From an uncultured Chloroflexia bacterium (GTDB lineage Bacteria > Chloroflexota > Chloroflexia > QHBQ01 > JADMIH01), in contig CAWCNY010000006.1 of assembly GCA_963797095.1 (NCBI GenBank), positions 32,001-96,000 of the forward strand: a stretch of 64,000 bases of DNA, read 5' to 3'. Position numbers and translations under genes: made by a program. The notes beneath the pieces were generated by a model. The model was not told the origin of the DNA, searched no databases, and worked only from the letters and a program-made list of their open reading frames with translations. Every line of letters starts with the position of its first letter. Within the stretch, counting starts at the first letter, position 1. Shown here piece by piece: positions 26,684-38,400 of the stretch.

Positions 26684-28409
26684 TTAAAATTCATGTGATG
26701 CAAGAGGTAGTTTCGGTTCTGCCTTATACAGATACTCCTGCATCACTTGCAGGAAGCGCTTGATATCGAGCGGTTTGGTGAGATAATCCTGCGCCCCGGC
26801 GGCCAACAGCCGTTTAATCTGCACAGCCGTTGCATCCGCGCTGATCACCAGCACCGGTACCAGGCAAGTATGCCGGTTCTTCCTTAGCTGTGCCAGCACA
26901 TCTTCTCCGCTCATATCAGGCAAGTTCAAATCGAGCAGGATCAGGTCGGGGTGGTGCTCACAAGCCAGGTCCAATCCCAACCTTCCTTGCATAGCCGCAA
27001 GCAGCTTCACATCAGGCTGGTGTCGCAACACACCCTCAACCAGCTTGAAATTGGATATATTGTCCTCTATATAGAGCACTGTACGCGTTCTGCCGGGCGA
27101 TATATCTTCTTGCGCCACCTGAAGGTCTGGTTGCATAGAATTCGATCACTTTCGGATTCTCCGCTTCGTTTGCAACAACAGGCAAATCCACCCAGAACCT
27201 GCTTCCCACCCCCACTGTGCTGTTTACACCTATTGTGCCGTTCATAGCCTCGATCAATCTCCTGGACAGAGCAAGCCCCAACCCCGTTCCCTCAACCCCG
27301 GTCTGCTCAGCCCCAAGCCTCTCGAATGGTGTGAATAGCTTCCCCAGATTCTCACTGGCGATCCCCGGACCCGTATCGCTGACTATCATACGCAATCGCC
27401 CTTGCCCAGGCATTAAACATGTGAGCGATACGCAGCCACCACTGCGGTTGTACTTGATCGCATTTGCCAGCAGGTTCAACATTACCTGCTTCAAGCGCTG
27501 GCGATCAGCCACTATATAGATATCCCGGTCCCATGATTTATCGATTGCCATCTCGATATTTCGCTGCTTTGCCATGGGCTGTACCAGGTCAAGACATTCC
27601 ATTACCGCATCTCTGGACGACATTGGCTCCGGCGAGAGCGCAAACCTGCCTGTTTCGATACGGCTGATGTCCAGTATCTCGTTGATCAGGTCGAGTAGAT
27701 GGCGCCCTCCACGGATTATGTGTCCCAGGCTCTCGCCGTCTGCCGGGCTTGGGTCGCTCATCTCAAGGAGCTGTGCGAAACCCAGGATAGCGTTCAGGGG
27801 CGTGCGCAACTCGTGGCTCATTCGAGATAGGAATATGTTCTTGGCCCTGCTCGCCTTCTCTGCGCCCGCTTTGGCCGTTCGCAACGCTTCCTCGACCTTC
27901 TTGCTCTCGGTAATGTCATACCCGATCGAGATCAGATCCTCATTAGGCAGCGCGAAATTTGCCCACATCTGATACCTGTCGGTGCCATCTTTGGCCCTGG
28001 CGCGAAACTCCCTGAACTTCCCGTCTCTCGAAGCTATCGCCTGCCGGACCTGGCTCCGTATCTCATCATCCGGATATACCAATAACAGCGGATCGCTATT
28101 TTTGAGCACTTCGTCTTTTGTGTAACCCAACTGCTTCTCGCATTCGGTGTTCCAGAGAACACACAGCCCATTTCTGTCAAAAGAAGCGATCATCACAGGA
28201 GCATACTCAAATATAGCTCGGAACTTCTCCTCGCTCTGTGTCAAGGCCTCGTCGATTCGCTTATATTCCGCCAGCTTCTGCTGCAACCGCTCGTTGAGGT
28301 TGTTTAGCTCGATGGTTCGCTCCGCCACGCGCTGTTCCAGCACCTCATAGGCCGCTTCGCGTTTGGCTTTATTACGCTTGCTCTGAGCTTGTTCCATTGT
28401 ATCTCTCAC
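26684..28409 (-). pseudogene. Hybrid PAS-histidine kinase/receiver, frameshifted near 27140-27160
   Basis: PAS, H-box SRMSHELRTPL and HATPase in one frame; REC domain 'VLYIEDN..ILLDLNLP..DYLTKPLD' in another. Confidence 0.8.
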
Positions 28410-28625
28410 CAGGCCGGGTACCTCCTGGGCATAGCGATGCCTTCCTGTGCTAGCAGATCGCTATAATTTTACCAGCGATGGCTCGGCACTTTCAATAGGA
28501 TTTTGGTCCCGTCCAGGTGCCGCAAGTAGCAGTACTTATGATCGCCCGTAATATGTTATCTTATCTGTCGATAAAGTACATCGGGTACTGGAGCGATCTT
28601 GGATACCTGTATGAAGGAGAATAGC

Positions 28626-29627
28626 ATGCTTCGTAAACTGGCGACTTATGGCTTTGTGATCCTCGTTACCCTGGTTTTCGCCGAGATATTTCATCCGCTC
28701 GCCACCATCCAGTCGCTGGCGCAAGGTGACTGCCGCACCTTCCAGGAGACCGGCAAAACCGTCTGTGGCAAGTTTCTCACCTACTGGGATACGCACGGCG
28801 GCCTCGCCCAACAGGGCTATCCCATCTCCAATCCGTTTCAGGAGAAGTCCGACCTGGATGGTAGGACCTACACGGTCCAGTACTTTGAGCGAGCCGTCTT
28901 TGAAGACCACCCGGAGAACTCCGCCCCCTATGATGTACTTCTCTCTCAACTAGGTACATTCCAATTCCAGCGCAAATACCCTGAAGGCGACCCGTCGCCC
29001 CCAATCTCAACTGCCCAATATGATATTCCCGCTCCAGCAGTCTATATCAAAGGCGCTTATGTGATTGTGCTGGGTGCAGTTCGCTACAACGGCAGTGTGC
29101 CGTTGATCAATCCCGAAATCGATGTGACTATTGTGGACAAAGCGGGCAACGATATCGATACAGTGCCATGTTGCGCTCGCATAACCCTTGTGCCGCCCGG
29201 CTCTCTGATCCCCTATCGTCATGAGCTTAGCGATCCCGATGGCCTCATAGACCATGTGCGCGTGGAGGTAAAATCGGGGGCCGAGCAGGCAACCCAGGCC
29301 GATATAGATTTCTACACCTCAGACTGGACGGTGAGCGAGTCGCATCTTGTTCTCCCAGCCGATGACCAGGACTTCCCCATGTTGGTTGGAACCCTCACAC
29401 ACAATGGGACAAAGCAAACGGAGAGCGTAAATGTAGCCGCCCTCCTCTACGACGGGTCGGGCAACATTCTTGATGTCTCAAATCAGGTCTACACCCCTCA
29501 GAACCGCGCCGAGGGTGCTACCTACCCTTTCCAACTCGACTTCGAGTTCTCAGCCTTCGCCTCCATAGGCGTCAAGCCCGATCACTACGACCTGATCATC
29601 CAGAACGACGTCACTCCGAGCGAATAA
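28626..29627 (+). CDS. Secreted protein with one FQET-type surface repeat and FxLYD-like domains
   Basis: Signal peptide; 'FQETGKTVCGKFLTYWDTHGGLAQQGYPIS..YTVQYFERA'; 'LVGTLTHNG..ALLYDGSGNIL'. Confidence 0.78.
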   Translation: MLRKLATYGFVILVTLVFAEIFHPLATIQSLAQGDCRTFQETGKTVCGKFLTYWDTHGGLAQQGYPISNPFQEKSDLDGRTYTVQYFERAVFEDHPENSAPYDVLLSQLGTFQFQRKYPEGDPSPPISTAQYDIPAPAVYIKGAYVIVLGAVRYNGSVPLINPEIDVTIVDKAGNDIDTVPCCARITLVPPGSLIPYRHELSDPDGLIDHVRVEVKSGAEQATQADIDFYTSDWTVSESHLVLPADDQDFPMLVGTLTHNGTKQTESVNVAALLYDGSGNILDVSNQVYTPQNRAEGATYPFQLDFEFSAFASIGVKPDHYDLIIQNDVTPSE

Positions 29628-29645
29628 TGACCCGGGCTCTATGCA

Positions 29646-31313
29646 TCAATGCTTGAAATGACGCTTGCGTGTAAATACCATCGCCAGCCCGGCCGTGTCT
29701 GCTGCCTCGATGACGGCGTCGTCGTTGACCGACCCCCCCGGCTGGATCACAGCGGTGACGCCCGCTTCGGCTGCCTCCTCGATCCCATCGGGGAAGGGGA
29801 AGAAAGCGTCCGATGCCATTACAGCCCCCGCAGCACGCCTGCTTGCCTTGATTGCCGCGATCTTCACGGAGTTTACGCGGCTGGTTTGTCCGCCCCCTAT
29901 CCCTACGGTCGTCAAATCCTTCGCGAACACGATAGCGTTGGAACGCACATGCGTTACCGCTCTCCACGCGAACACCATATCTGCGATCTCGTCCAGCGTA
30001 GGGTGGCGCAACGTCACAGGCTCCATGTGCAATTCATCGTCGATTGCATCCCTGGTCTGTACAAGGAACCCGCCGCTGATCTGCCTGAATGTTAGCCTGC
30101 TGCTGAAATCGTCGTCCCGCCTGCGCACGTTCGAGTCGGGCACCGCCAGTAGCCGCAGATTGCGCTTGCGCGCCAGTAAATCCACCGCTTCCTCTGAGAA
30201 AGAGGGTGCGATTAGCACATCGAACCTTGTTTTCGCGATGACCTCGGCCACGGCCCCATCTACCGGCCTGTTGATCCCCACGATTCCCCCAAACGCCGAT
30301 ACCGGATCTGCGGCTAACGCCCGGCTGAATATATCTCCCAGATCGCTCCCTTCGGCTCCAGCAGCGATCCCGCATGGCCCTGCGTGCTTGATGATAGCGA
30401 CTGCGGGCGTGGTATAGTCGCGCACGATGGCAAGCGCCGCATCTGCGTCCATCAGGTTGTTGTACGAAAGCTCCGGCCCGTGTAGCTGCTTCAACGACCC
30501 CACGAGTGTGGCTCCTTTAACCTGCAAATTATCTCTGTACAACGCCCCAACCTGGTGCGGGTTCTCGCCGTATCTGAGTGCTTGCGCCTTCTCTAATTGC
30601 AATGCTATTCTCTCCGGCAGCGCCCCGCCCACCGGGCTGTTCTCGCCTGCTCCGTTCTTCCGTTCAGCCACCGCCCATTGCCCGCCATTCGCTGTGTCTG
30701 CTTCGCCCTTCGACTTTCTCCCTTCCTCCAGGTACCCAGCGATCAGATCGTCGTACTCAGAAACATGCCGGAACGCCTTTGCCGCCAGTCTTTTGCGAGT
30801 CTCCTCGCTCACCCCTCCCTTATCTCTCCACTCTTGCATTACCGGCTCATAATCTGCCGGGTCTGACAGCACGACCACCCCCGCGAAATTTTTGGCGGCG
30901 GCTCGTAGCATCGTTGGCCCGCCTACATCGATCTGCTCGACCGCCTCCTCCAGTGTCACCCCCTCGCGCTCGATAGTGCGGGCGAATGGGTAAAGATTGC
31001 CTACCACTATGTCTATAGTCTTCAGCCCATGCTCGCGCAATTGCGCCTGGTGCTCCTCAAGATCGCGCCGGGCCAGTATCCCCGAATGCACCCCAGGGTG
31101 CAGAGTTTTGACCCTTCCGCCCAGTATCTCAGGGAATCCCGTCAGGTCGCTCACCGAGTGTGCCTTAATCCCTGCGGCTTCCAGCTTGGCCTTGGTCCCG
31201 CCCGTGGCATAAATATGCACGCCCAACCCGTCGAGAGCTTTTCCTAGCTCCTCAAGATTGGCTGCGTCCGACACACTGATGATCGCGTTAATTGGCTCTT
31301 TTTCTTCCGGCAT
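29646..31313 (-). CDS. purH: Bifunctional AICAR transformylase/IMP cyclohydrolase
   Basis: GGRVKTLHP, IDVGGPTMLRAAAKN, LRYGENPHQ, SYNNLMD, ASDAFFPF, RHFKH. Confidence 0.97.
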   Translation of the reverse strand: MPEEKEPINAIISVSDAANLEELGKALDGLGVHIYATGGTKAKLEAAGIKAHSVSDLTGFPEILGGRVKTLHPGVHSGILARRDLEEHQAQLREHGLKTIDIVVGNLYPFARTIEREGVTLEEAVEQIDVGGPTMLRAAAKNFAGVVVLSDPADYEPVMQEWRDKGGVSEETRKRLAAKAFRHVSEYDDLIAGYLEEGRKSKGEADTANGGQWAVAERKNGAGENSPVGGALPERIALQLEKAQALRYGENPHQVGALYRDNLQVKGATLVGSLKQLHGPELSYNNLMDADAALAIVRDYTTPAVAIIKHAGPCGIAAGAEGSDLGDIFSRALAADPVSAFGGIVGINRPVDGAVAEVIAKTRFDVLIAPSFSEEAVDLLARKRNLRLLAVPDSNVRRRDDDFSSRLTFRQISGGFLVQTRDAIDDELHMEPVTLRHPTLDEIADMVFAWRAVTHVRSNAIVFAKDLTTVGIGGGQTSRVNSVKIAAIKASRRAAGAVMASDAFFPFPDGIEEAAEAGVTAVIQPGGSVNDDAVIEAADTAGLAMVFTRKRHFKH

Positions 31314-31821
31314 TCCCTATCCTCCATTTAGAAAATTGCGCCCGCCATGACAGCAGCCCAGCTTGGCCTCCGACACACTTTTGCATTGCATTTTACCCCA
31401 CCCAGCCCCACATTGCGACCCCACGAGAAGCAACTGCCCCATCAACGTTTAGGGGTGAGGTATGCCTCGTCCACTCATTCATTCGTTCCGGCACTCTTGT
31501 GCCCACCCTCTTTCCAAAGCCTGAATTTTCTAGACTTAAGTCTACCCCAAACGTGTCTCATTTTGTCTCACCATTGTCATTTAGAATACAAAGGGAAATC
31601 CAACCCGATCAACAAGCAATAATGAATGTTTTGCAAACCACTACCCATTATGGTACGTTTATTCTGTGCAAGCAGTACGACCGGTATATTGCGGTAGCAC
31701 CCACACTATGCTATGCTCTTAAGTGATCGCGCCCATAAAAATCGAAACTGATAAGAACATCAACGGGCCTCCGCGCTCTCTGCACTATTCCCATAATCTA
31801 AACACATCAAAGTAAAGTACA

Positions 31822-33249
31822 ATGTCCACGGTCACCACAGACGAAATTGCCACATTGGCAGAGCCTGATAACACGGAAGCTCTGGAAGGTGTCAAGCCTG
31901 AGCGCATGTCCACCCCCATGAAGGTGGTGATCGCTTCCAGCTTTGTGCTCCGTTTTGCGGGAGCGATGACCTCCATCCTCCTATCGTCCCTTCTCAGGCA
32001 AGACCTTAACGCGGGTACCGGCCTGATCGGCATCCTCTACGCTCTCTTCTATGTGACCGAGTTGACCATGTCGCCCGTGTTTGGCGCGTTAAGCGACCTG
32101 CGTGGCAGACGTGCGATCCTGGTACTCGGTCCCTTGGTAGGGGCGCTTGCCGCACCCATCTACCCGATCAGCGCAGTAGCCGGTGTTTCCATCCTGGGCG
32201 TTGGTATTCTGGCGCTCGCCCGGCTCATAGAAGGCTTTTCTACCGCTGCCAAAGTCCCAAGCGCCCTCGGCTACCTGGCCGATACCACTTCGGGTGAAGG
32301 CAAGCGCCGTGCCGCCCTTCGGGGCCGAGTGATGGGCTTCTACGAGGTCACTTTCCTCGTTGGCCTCGTCTTTGGCCAGATAATCGGCGGCAGACTGTGG
32401 GACCACGTGCATGTCTGGGGCTTCTTCCTGGTTTCTATAATCTATCTGATCGCTGTGGCGATGCTCTACTTCTTCGTCCCTGAAACCCTCCCCGCCGAGA
32501 CCCGTGCCCACAATATCGAAAGTCGTATGGCCGCCGACGAAAAGGTCCACCCGGTGCGGGCCCTTCTCTCCAGCCGGCTTCGCGCTTATGGGCAACTGCT
32601 AAAAGAGCCTGCGTTGCGTAGCTTCGTACCTGCCTGGCTCGCGGTCAACGCTGTGGTCGGCCTATTTGGGAACCTTGCCCAACCGCTCATGATCGAAGCC
32701 AGAGATGGTCATGGCAATGGGATACACCACTTCCCCAATCAGATGCTAGACGGCAAGATGACCGCTTCCGAGGCAGGGATGATATTCGGCATATTCGGTT
32801 CCGTCTTTATGGTGGGGATCTTCATCTGGAGCCTGCTGTACGCTCGCGTCCGCAAGTCTACGGTCATGCTCATTGGTTCCAGCGGACTCTTCGTAACCTG
32901 CCTGGCCCTCTGGGGTATCAATGATCAATTGCTGCCTCTTGCCCACCCCTGGAATGTCTGGTTCTGGATACCACTCCTGGTGATCGGACTCTTTATGGTG
33001 AGCGGATTTACGCCCGTCGCACTGGCCTACCTTGCAGAAATATCGGGCACGCGCGTCGAACACCGAGGCGCTGTAATGGGCCTCTACTCTGTGTTCCTGG
33101 GACTGGGCCAACTGATAGGCAGCGGTGGCGGAGGCTGGTTCGTCGAAGCCCTCCACCAGGGCTTCAACGGCTTGATCCTCGGCACCTTCCTGCTGGCATT
33201 AATTGCATTCGTAACGGTCGCCTGGCTCCGCCGAACCCAGAAGATCTAG
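31822..33249 (+). CDS. MFS transporter
   Basis: About 12 TM helices; motif A GALSDLRGRR. Confidence 0.88.
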   Translation: MSTVTTDEIATLAEPDNTEALEGVKPERMSTPMKVVIASSFVLRFAGAMTSILLSSLLRQDLNAGTGLIGILYALFYVTELTMSPVFGALSDLRGRRAILVLGPLVGALAAPIYPISAVAGVSILGVGILALARLIEGFSTAAKVPSALGYLADTTSGEGKRRAALRGRVMGFYEVTFLVGLVFGQIIGGRLWDHVHVWGFFLVSIIYLIAVAMLYFFVPETLPAETRAHNIESRMAADEKVHPVRALLSSRLRAYGQLLKEPALRSFVPAWLAVNAVVGLFGNLAQPLMIEARDGHGNGIHHFPNQMLDGKMTASEAGMIFGIFGSVFMVGIFIWSLLYARVRKSTVMLIGSSGLFVTCLALWGINDQLLPLAHPWNVWFWIPLLVIGLFMVSGFTPVALAYLAEISGTRVEHRGAVMGLYSVFLGLGQLIGSGGGGWFVEALHQGFNGLILGTFLLALIAFVTVAWLRRTQKI

Positions 33250-33272
33250 GGAATGGACGAAAGACGAAAGTT

Positions 33273-33821
33273 CTACCTTCGCGCAATATCGAACCCCACC
33301 CCCGAAGCGTGTTCCTCATAGCGGGCGAGTACGAATAGTAGGGACGACAATCTGTTCAGGTAGCGCAGGACGTTGCCTGGGGGCATCTGCTTTTTGTGGA
33401 CGAGTTCTACCGCATGTCGTTCGGCTCGCCTGACGATGGTGCGGGCCAGGTCAATCGCCGCCGAGGCCGCGCTTGTGCCTGGCAGCACAAATGCCTTGGG
33501 CATCTCGACTAGCCCCTCAAGTTCCCTGATCACGACATCAAGCTTATTGGCTTGCTCCGCCGTAATGCGGTAGGGTATCTTCTCTAGCTGGGGCAGAGGG
33601 GTGGCTACTTCGGCCATCATGAGGTAGAGGTCGTGCTGTACCTCCCGCAAAATTTCTTTGGTCTTATCCAGACCCGACAGGGCACGCGCCAGCCCCAGCG
33701 CGCTTGATGCCTCATCGAGGGTTCCATAAGTCTCCGGTCTGAGGTCGTACTTGGGCACGCGCTCCGGCCCCATAAGGTCGGTGTAGCCTTCGTCTCCTGT
33801 GCCTAGCCTGTCTGCGAACAT
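33273..33821 (-). CDS. PduO-type cob(I)alamin adenosyltransferase
   Basis: GTGDEGYTDL, YGTLDE, ARTIVRRAER, YLNRLSSLLFVLAR. Confidence 0.88.
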   Translation of the reverse strand: MFADRLGTGDEGYTDLMGPERVPKYDLRPETYGTLDEASSALGLARALSGLDKTKEILREVQHDLYLMMAEVATPLPQLEKIPYRITAEQANKLDVVIRELEGLVEMPKAFVLPGTSAASAAIDLARTIVRRAERHAVELVHKKQMPPGNVLRYLNRLSSLLFVLARYEEHASGVGFDIARR

Positions 33822-33833
33822 TGCTCTTGCTCC

Positions 33834-35453
33834 CTAAGCTACCCAGTACCAGTTTACGAACCGGATCGTATACAACGCCAGTAGCAAGAGGCTCGCCCAG
33901 GTGATGATCTGGTTGGCATACCGGTTGCGCCCGGTCAAGGCCAGCACTATAAACGCGGGAAAGAGCACGGCCAGGAAGCGGGGGTAGGACAACAGGGGAT
34001 TGTGCGGCGTTGCCGAGAAGAGTGGGAATATGATGCCCGCCCACAAATAGATGCTGTAGCTTGGTCGCAGCCAGCGCACCGCCAGCGCGCCCAACACAAT
34101 CGCCAGCAACAGCGCCCCCAGGTAGGTCCAACTCTGGTCCTCGGGCTGGAATGTAAGCCCTGCCTGCGTAGCGGTGGTCCACGCCTCTGCCAACGTCTGC
34201 CACGGCCACGAGAAATGCCTGTTCCAATCTGCCTGCGCGCTCAGCGGCGCTAGCGGATCGTGAAACACTATCCAGGACCAGATCATAAAGAGCACGAGCG
34301 ACCCCAGGGGTAGTACCAACGAGGCAAGCGCCAGGGGAGAGGGCCTGCGCGGCGGCATCACATTAGGAGAAGTGGGTGGGGGCGGGGTCGGATTGTAGGC
34401 TCGCCAAAGCTCCCATGCCAGGGGGAGAAGGAGGAGCAGACCGGTCGTGCGCGTCCAGACGGCCAGCGCTATGCAGGCCCCTGCCCACCACCACCGTTGT
34501 GACCTCATTGCAAGCAGCGCACCCACAGATAAGAGCAGGAAGAGCGACTCGCTGTAAACGGCCCAGAAGAAGAAGGCCATCGGGAAGGCAGCCAGATAGA
34601 ATACGGTGCGACCGGCGTCCTCGCCATGAAAGTCGAAGCGGACCAACCGGTGTAGCAGCACCAGCGCCCCCAGGAAGAAAGCTGAAGATAGGAGTATTCC
34701 CGCCCAGATGAACCGTTCGCCCGCCAGCCACCCAAAGATGGTAATCGTCCAGGGGTAAAGGGGGAAGAACGCTGAAGAGCCATCGTCCATCCGGTAGCCT
34801 TCGGTGGCTATCTTGAGATACCACTGCCCATCCCAGCGCGTCCACACGCCTGCTACACTATCGACCAGGGGGTTGAGTTGAGGCCCTCCCGGCGTGCCAT
34901 ACCAATTAGCGGTTCCATGAGGGGCGATTGCCGGGATCATCATCGTCGCCAGCAACGCCAGCAGGATCATCCCGGCACGGGCGGCGATCCAGACGCTGAT
35001 GGGTTGGGATGTAAGGAGAGGCAAGGCCCATGCAGGCAGCGCCCGCCTCAGCTCCTGGGTAAATACGCCGGGGCGCACGTGGGGCGCGGTGCCTTGAGCG
35101 GACTGTACGCCTTCTTCTTTGCGGCGCAGGGATGGCGGTCTTGTGGGGGCCTCATGCACATGGGGCGCGGGCGGAGGCCAAGCCACGGCGGGCATTGGCT
35201 TGGTTTCCTGGTGGCCGACGTTTCCCTCACCCTCAGGGCGCACCAGCTCCATCTCCTGAGTATCAGGCTCTGTTTCTTTAGCCTTCTCAGTGTCGGTGGG
35301 CTTATCTATAAGGGGTATTTGCTGTGTGTTACCATCTGCTGCTTCCACACCCGATGGAGCAAATGGCACATGCTCTTTGGCACCTTCTACAGGTGTAAGT
35401 TTGCCTTCATTTTCCGCGCCGCCGGTGCCGACGCCTGTCGTCCTAGTAGCCAT
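33834..35453 (-). CDS. GT-C mannosyltransferase family protein (PIG-V/Mannosyl_trans2-like)
   Basis: 'RWDGQWYLKIATEGY', 'AFFPLYP', 'YSESLFLLL'; multiple TMs after a disordered N-terminus. Confidence 0.85.
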   Translation of the reverse strand: MATRTTGVGTGGAENEGKLTPVEGAKEHVPFAPSGVEAADGNTQQIPLIDKPTDTEKAKETEPDTQEMELVRPEGEGNVGHQETKPMPAVAWPPPAPHVHEAPTRPPSLRRKEEGVQSAQGTAPHVRPGVFTQELRRALPAWALPLLTSQPISVWIAARAGMILLALLATMMIPAIAPHGTANWYGTPGGPQLNPLVDSVAGVWTRWDGQWYLKIATEGYRMDDGSSAFFPLYPWTITIFGWLAGERFIWAGILLSSAFFLGALVLLHRLVRFDFHGEDAGRTVFYLAAFPMAFFFWAVYSESLFLLLSVGALLAMRSQRWWWAGACIALAVWTRTTGLLLLLPLAWELWRAYNPTPPPPTSPNVMPPRRPSPLALASLVLPLGSLVLFMIWSWIVFHDPLAPLSAQADWNRHFSWPWQTLAEAWTTATQAGLTFQPEDQSWTYLGALLLAIVLGALAVRWLRPSYSIYLWAGIIFPLFSATPHNPLLSYPRFLAVLFPAFIVLALTGRNRYANQIITWASLLLLALYTIRFVNWYWVA

Positions 35454-35495
35454 CGCGCCACAAGTATACCACAAGGCCCTACGTAATACGACGTA

Positions 35496-38400
35496 TCAGG
35501 GCTGCACCAGGGCCGCCCCGAGGCCGGGTGCGCTCGGCATTTCGTTGGCTGCCCAGGCTCCATTGGGGGGTGGCACGAGGGCCGATGGGGGGATCAGTTC
35601 CATCTCTCCGCCGGGAGGCTGCCACTGTAATTGCAGGGTTGCGTTGTCCCTGCTTGCCTGGAACCTAAGCTCGATCGCGTGCTGCCCTGCTTCCAGGTGT
35701 ACGGTCACTGGCGATTGTGGTGCGGTGCCACCGGTGCCCTCTCCTGCGATTTGGGTGCCATCCAGCCAGAGTGAGATATTGCCGTCACCTGTGGGGCTGA
35801 AGATGTAGTCTCCAGGGGTGGCGATACCAAGGGTGCCTTGCCAGCGGCCAAACGCAAAGGTCCCACTGTGAAGGGCTCTGTTCACGACGTTGAAGGAGAT
35901 GAAAAGATCGCGCCGGATGTTGCTCGGTGGGATGTTCGCCGTGTTTATCTGAGGTTGTGTCAGCCAACCCTCTCCCGCTGTGTTGTAGGCCATTCCTAAG
36001 AGGCAGCCGAGGTCGCCGTTCCACAAGAACCGCTGACCAATAGGCCACATTTGGCCTGATGTCCCCGATGTGCCCCACCTGACGATTATCGGACTTGCAG
36101 CGTTTTGCAGAGTGCCAGACAGGCCCACCGCGTGCGTGCCCCTTGCAAGCACTACCTCCACGCTTGTGGCAGGCCCATTGGCTTGCGTTGCGAGCAGCAC
36201 CTTGCCATCTATCTCAAGCGATGCGCCACCGGGTGCGTCAATTGTGAAGGCATATCTGCCGTACTCAGGTGCGATGATCCCCCCCGACCACTGTACAGGC
36301 GCGGGGTAATTCAACCAGGGAGGAGGCGCGAAGGTCTTATCTACGGCTGAGTCTGCGCTGAGGGTGCCAAGTCTCGGCTCCGCTCGCTCGACCAACTGGT
36401 CGCCCTCTCCATAGTGGGCTATGCTGTGCTGCCTCTCAGCGCGCAGGTCGCCGTCAACCACGTAAGCCGAGATGAATGGCGCTCCATCCTCGCCCGGGAG
36501 CGTCTTGAGCGTACCTCCAGGGTAGAGCCTTTGGAGCATCGAAAGCATCGGCCCGTAGGCGGGATAGGTAAGGAAATGAACGGTCTGATTCAGTGCCACT
36601 TCTACAGGTAGATCTTCGCTAGGGTCGTAATCCTTGTGCTGCACATCCTTCGCAAGAAAGGTGAGTGGGCTTGGGTCGCCCAACCAAGTCGGCAGGTTGT
36701 AGCCATAAGCTACGTTTTGTTGAGGGTCCATGTTTTCGAGGTAACGGCCCGCCAGCGTCAGGTTCATCCATGTGTTGCGGGGCGCGTATTCCAGGAAGTA
36801 GAACGAGGTGGCCTGCCACGCCAGCACTAGCACAAGTGCAATGGCAACCGCGTTCCGGAGCAATCGCGCCCTGCCGGGATTATTCAGAGGCGTGTATCGG
36901 ATGCCGCTTATCCATCGTCCAGCAAGCATCCTATCCGCGAAAACGGCGGGTAGTATCCCCAGCAATGGAACCATGCCTGCCACTCGCTGAAGGGTGGGCG
37001 TGTCGTTGGTGAGCGCCGCACCGGCCAGCCCGGCCAGCAGCCACACAGCCAGACCCGCGTACCGTATGTCGCCCGCGCGAAACAGTATGTAGGCTGTGCC
37101 GAGCACCCATAGGGCCGCCCACGGCACGGGCAATACGGGATTGTCTGTGCGATAGAACGGTCCTCGCTCTTGCCCAATGTCAAAGGCGCTCCAGGTGACC
37201 GCGTATTGCCGCGCTACTATTATGCCCAGGTTATCGGTGGCATATTGCGCCTGGATGCCGGGCAGGTTGCGATCTACCCAGATCGCAACACCGTTGGAAC
37301 GTGCGGTGAGGGCATCCTGCTTTACATTGAGCAGAAATATGCCATGGGGGAGGAATGTGAGACCCGCTGCCAGGCCCATCAGCGCCAGCAGCGGCACAAA
37401 GCGCCATGCACCCTTCAGGCCCCAGCGCACTATCAGGAAGAGGGCGAGCAATATCAGGAACAGCGGCAGGAGCTTGCCCGATGCGTAGCTGTAGAGGCAT
37501 AATCCGCCCGCAATACCGCTCCACACGAAATCGATAGGGAGCTGCCTTTTGATCCCTTTGTAGAGGTAGTAGAAGCAGACTGTCCAGGTGAAGATCAGGA
37601 TGGTGCTTTCGCCCGCCGTGCGGCTGAATTGGATCGCGAAGTCGGAGGCGGCCACGAGTGCGCCCGCGATGAGTCCGACACGCGGAGACCAGGCGAATCT
37701 CCCTAACCTGTAGGTGAACCACACCGTGCCGACTCCAGCCAGCGCATGTATCACCCTCGCCCCAAGGAGGGTGTCACCGAAAAGCTTGAGCGATTGAGCC
37801 TCGGCCCAGAAGTAGAGGTTGGGCACGCCCCACCAGGCCGTCCCGAAGAGCGAAAAGGGAAGGTTTTCGATGGGTTGTCCTACGTTGATGGCTCTTGCCA
37901 CCAGCGCCCTGCCCAACTCGTCGATGTAAGGCCCCGCCGGGACGCTTGCAAGGTCGACGAAGCGCACGAGGACCGCGGCCAACATTATCGCACCCACCAG
38001 CACCCATTCAACGCGAGTTACCGGAGGCTCGGTGGTGGGTTCGTGGGGATCGCTTGGCATCGCCTGTATAGTTTGCCTGGGAGGTACTCCCGCGAAGGTA
38101 AGGGCAAGCAGGCCGAGCATCGCAAGCCAGATGTAGGGAGCGAACGGGTTGGTGAAATCGCCCCGCACCACAAGAGCGAGGGTGGCCCCCAGCGCTATCA
38201 CGATAGCCAGCCCGCCGACTGTGCCCAACCTGCCCAGCCAGTGGCGCAGACTCTGCAATTGCTTTACAAGCGAATTGGGACGTTGTGTCGAGACCACCGG
38301 GGCGGACGGTTTGCCGGCCGCGCGCCGTGTTGGCACTCCTATATAGCCGGACTCAGGGGCAATCGCCGCGTCGGGTGACGGTTGCGCTACTGCCTTTCGT

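Noticed and set aside
31314-31800. ZTP (pfl) riboswitch upstream of purH
   Set aside because: The conserved GACUGGCG and CGCCUGGG elements were not found on the minus strand.
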